Below, in pieces: positions 63,823-64,000 of a stretch of 64,000 nucleotides of DNA. The DNA comes from Thermoplasmata archaeon (lineage in GTDB: Archaea; Thermoplasmatota; Thermoplasmata; Lutacidiplasmatales; UBA184). The first letter of the stretch is position 1. Each line of letters begins with the position of its first letter. The translations under genes were made by a program, and so were the position numbers. The notes under the pieces were generated by a model. It was given only the letters and a program-made list of their open reading frames with translations, was not told where the DNA came from and did not search any database. The stretch is from positions 8,253 through 72,252 of the forward strand of contig JAGWLG010000015.1 of NCBI GenBank assembly GCA_028864975.1, given 5' to 3'.

Positions 63823-64000
63823 TCTCCCCTCCCGTCATCCTGGTCATCGGGCCCTCCTGGTGGGCTGAGGGCTTCGACCCACATCTTCCGAAGGAGATCG
63901 AGGAAGGTCTCCCGAAGTGGTGGATTCGGCGGGGAGCTACCGTCCCCGCGCCGGTCGACATCCGCGCCTACATTGCGGACGTTCTCCGTCAGGAGCACCG
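63819..64000 (+). CDS. Hypothetical protein, truncated by the window end
   Basis: ATGA overlap with the wHTH stop; MISPPVILVIGPSWWAEGFDPHLPKEIEEGLPKWWIRRGATVPAPVDIRAYIADVLRQEH..., open to 64000. Confidence 0.6.
   Translation, partial: MISPPVILVIGPSWWAEGFDPHLPKEIEEGLPKWWIRRGATVPAPVDIRAYIADVLRQEH

Overview
GC-rich archaeal chromosomal window. Archaeal markers are CDP-archaeol synthase CarS, a two-unit tRNA splicing endonuclease, a GHMP-type shikimate kinase, the ADH/DHQ-synthase-II shikimate entry route and DUF835 domains; a Thermoplasmata-like host is an inference. Layout: (i) 1.6-12.6 kb, three tandem membrane-anchored surface proteins (two kelch-like heads, one unknown head, PKD/Ig stalks); (ii) stress and catabolic genes (UspA, F420-reductase-like, ROK kinase, macrodomain, acyl-CoA dehydrogenase plus CoA-transferase, HO-like diiron enzyme, OsmC, membrane J-protein); (iii) a 15-gene, 15.8-kb translationally coupled aro-asd-ask-trp superoperon; (iv) endA-pyrE-carS; (v) two paralogous STAND ATPase-TPR proteins with a DUF835 domain inserted between Walker A and B; (vi) msrB, ribA, an MFS transporter, a 2780-aa PKD-repeat surface protein, an IS630 with a -1 frameshift, a transglutaminase-like gene, receivers and a wHTH gene. 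The two strongest observations lie below the ORF-track length cutoff. First, a 22-aa leader ORF ending Tyr-Phe-Trp-Ser-Trp-Trp (24732-24800), followed by mutually exclusive hairpins and an anti-Shine-Dalgarno stem directly upstream of the aro/trp superoperon: an apparent ribosome-sensed aromatic-amino-acid attenuator in an archaeon. Second, a 51-aa, 13-Cys metallothionein-like ORF (49024-49179, minus) between two zinc enzymes. No tRNA, rRNA or CRISPR array was recognised. All family calls are by motif recognition; no database searches were run.
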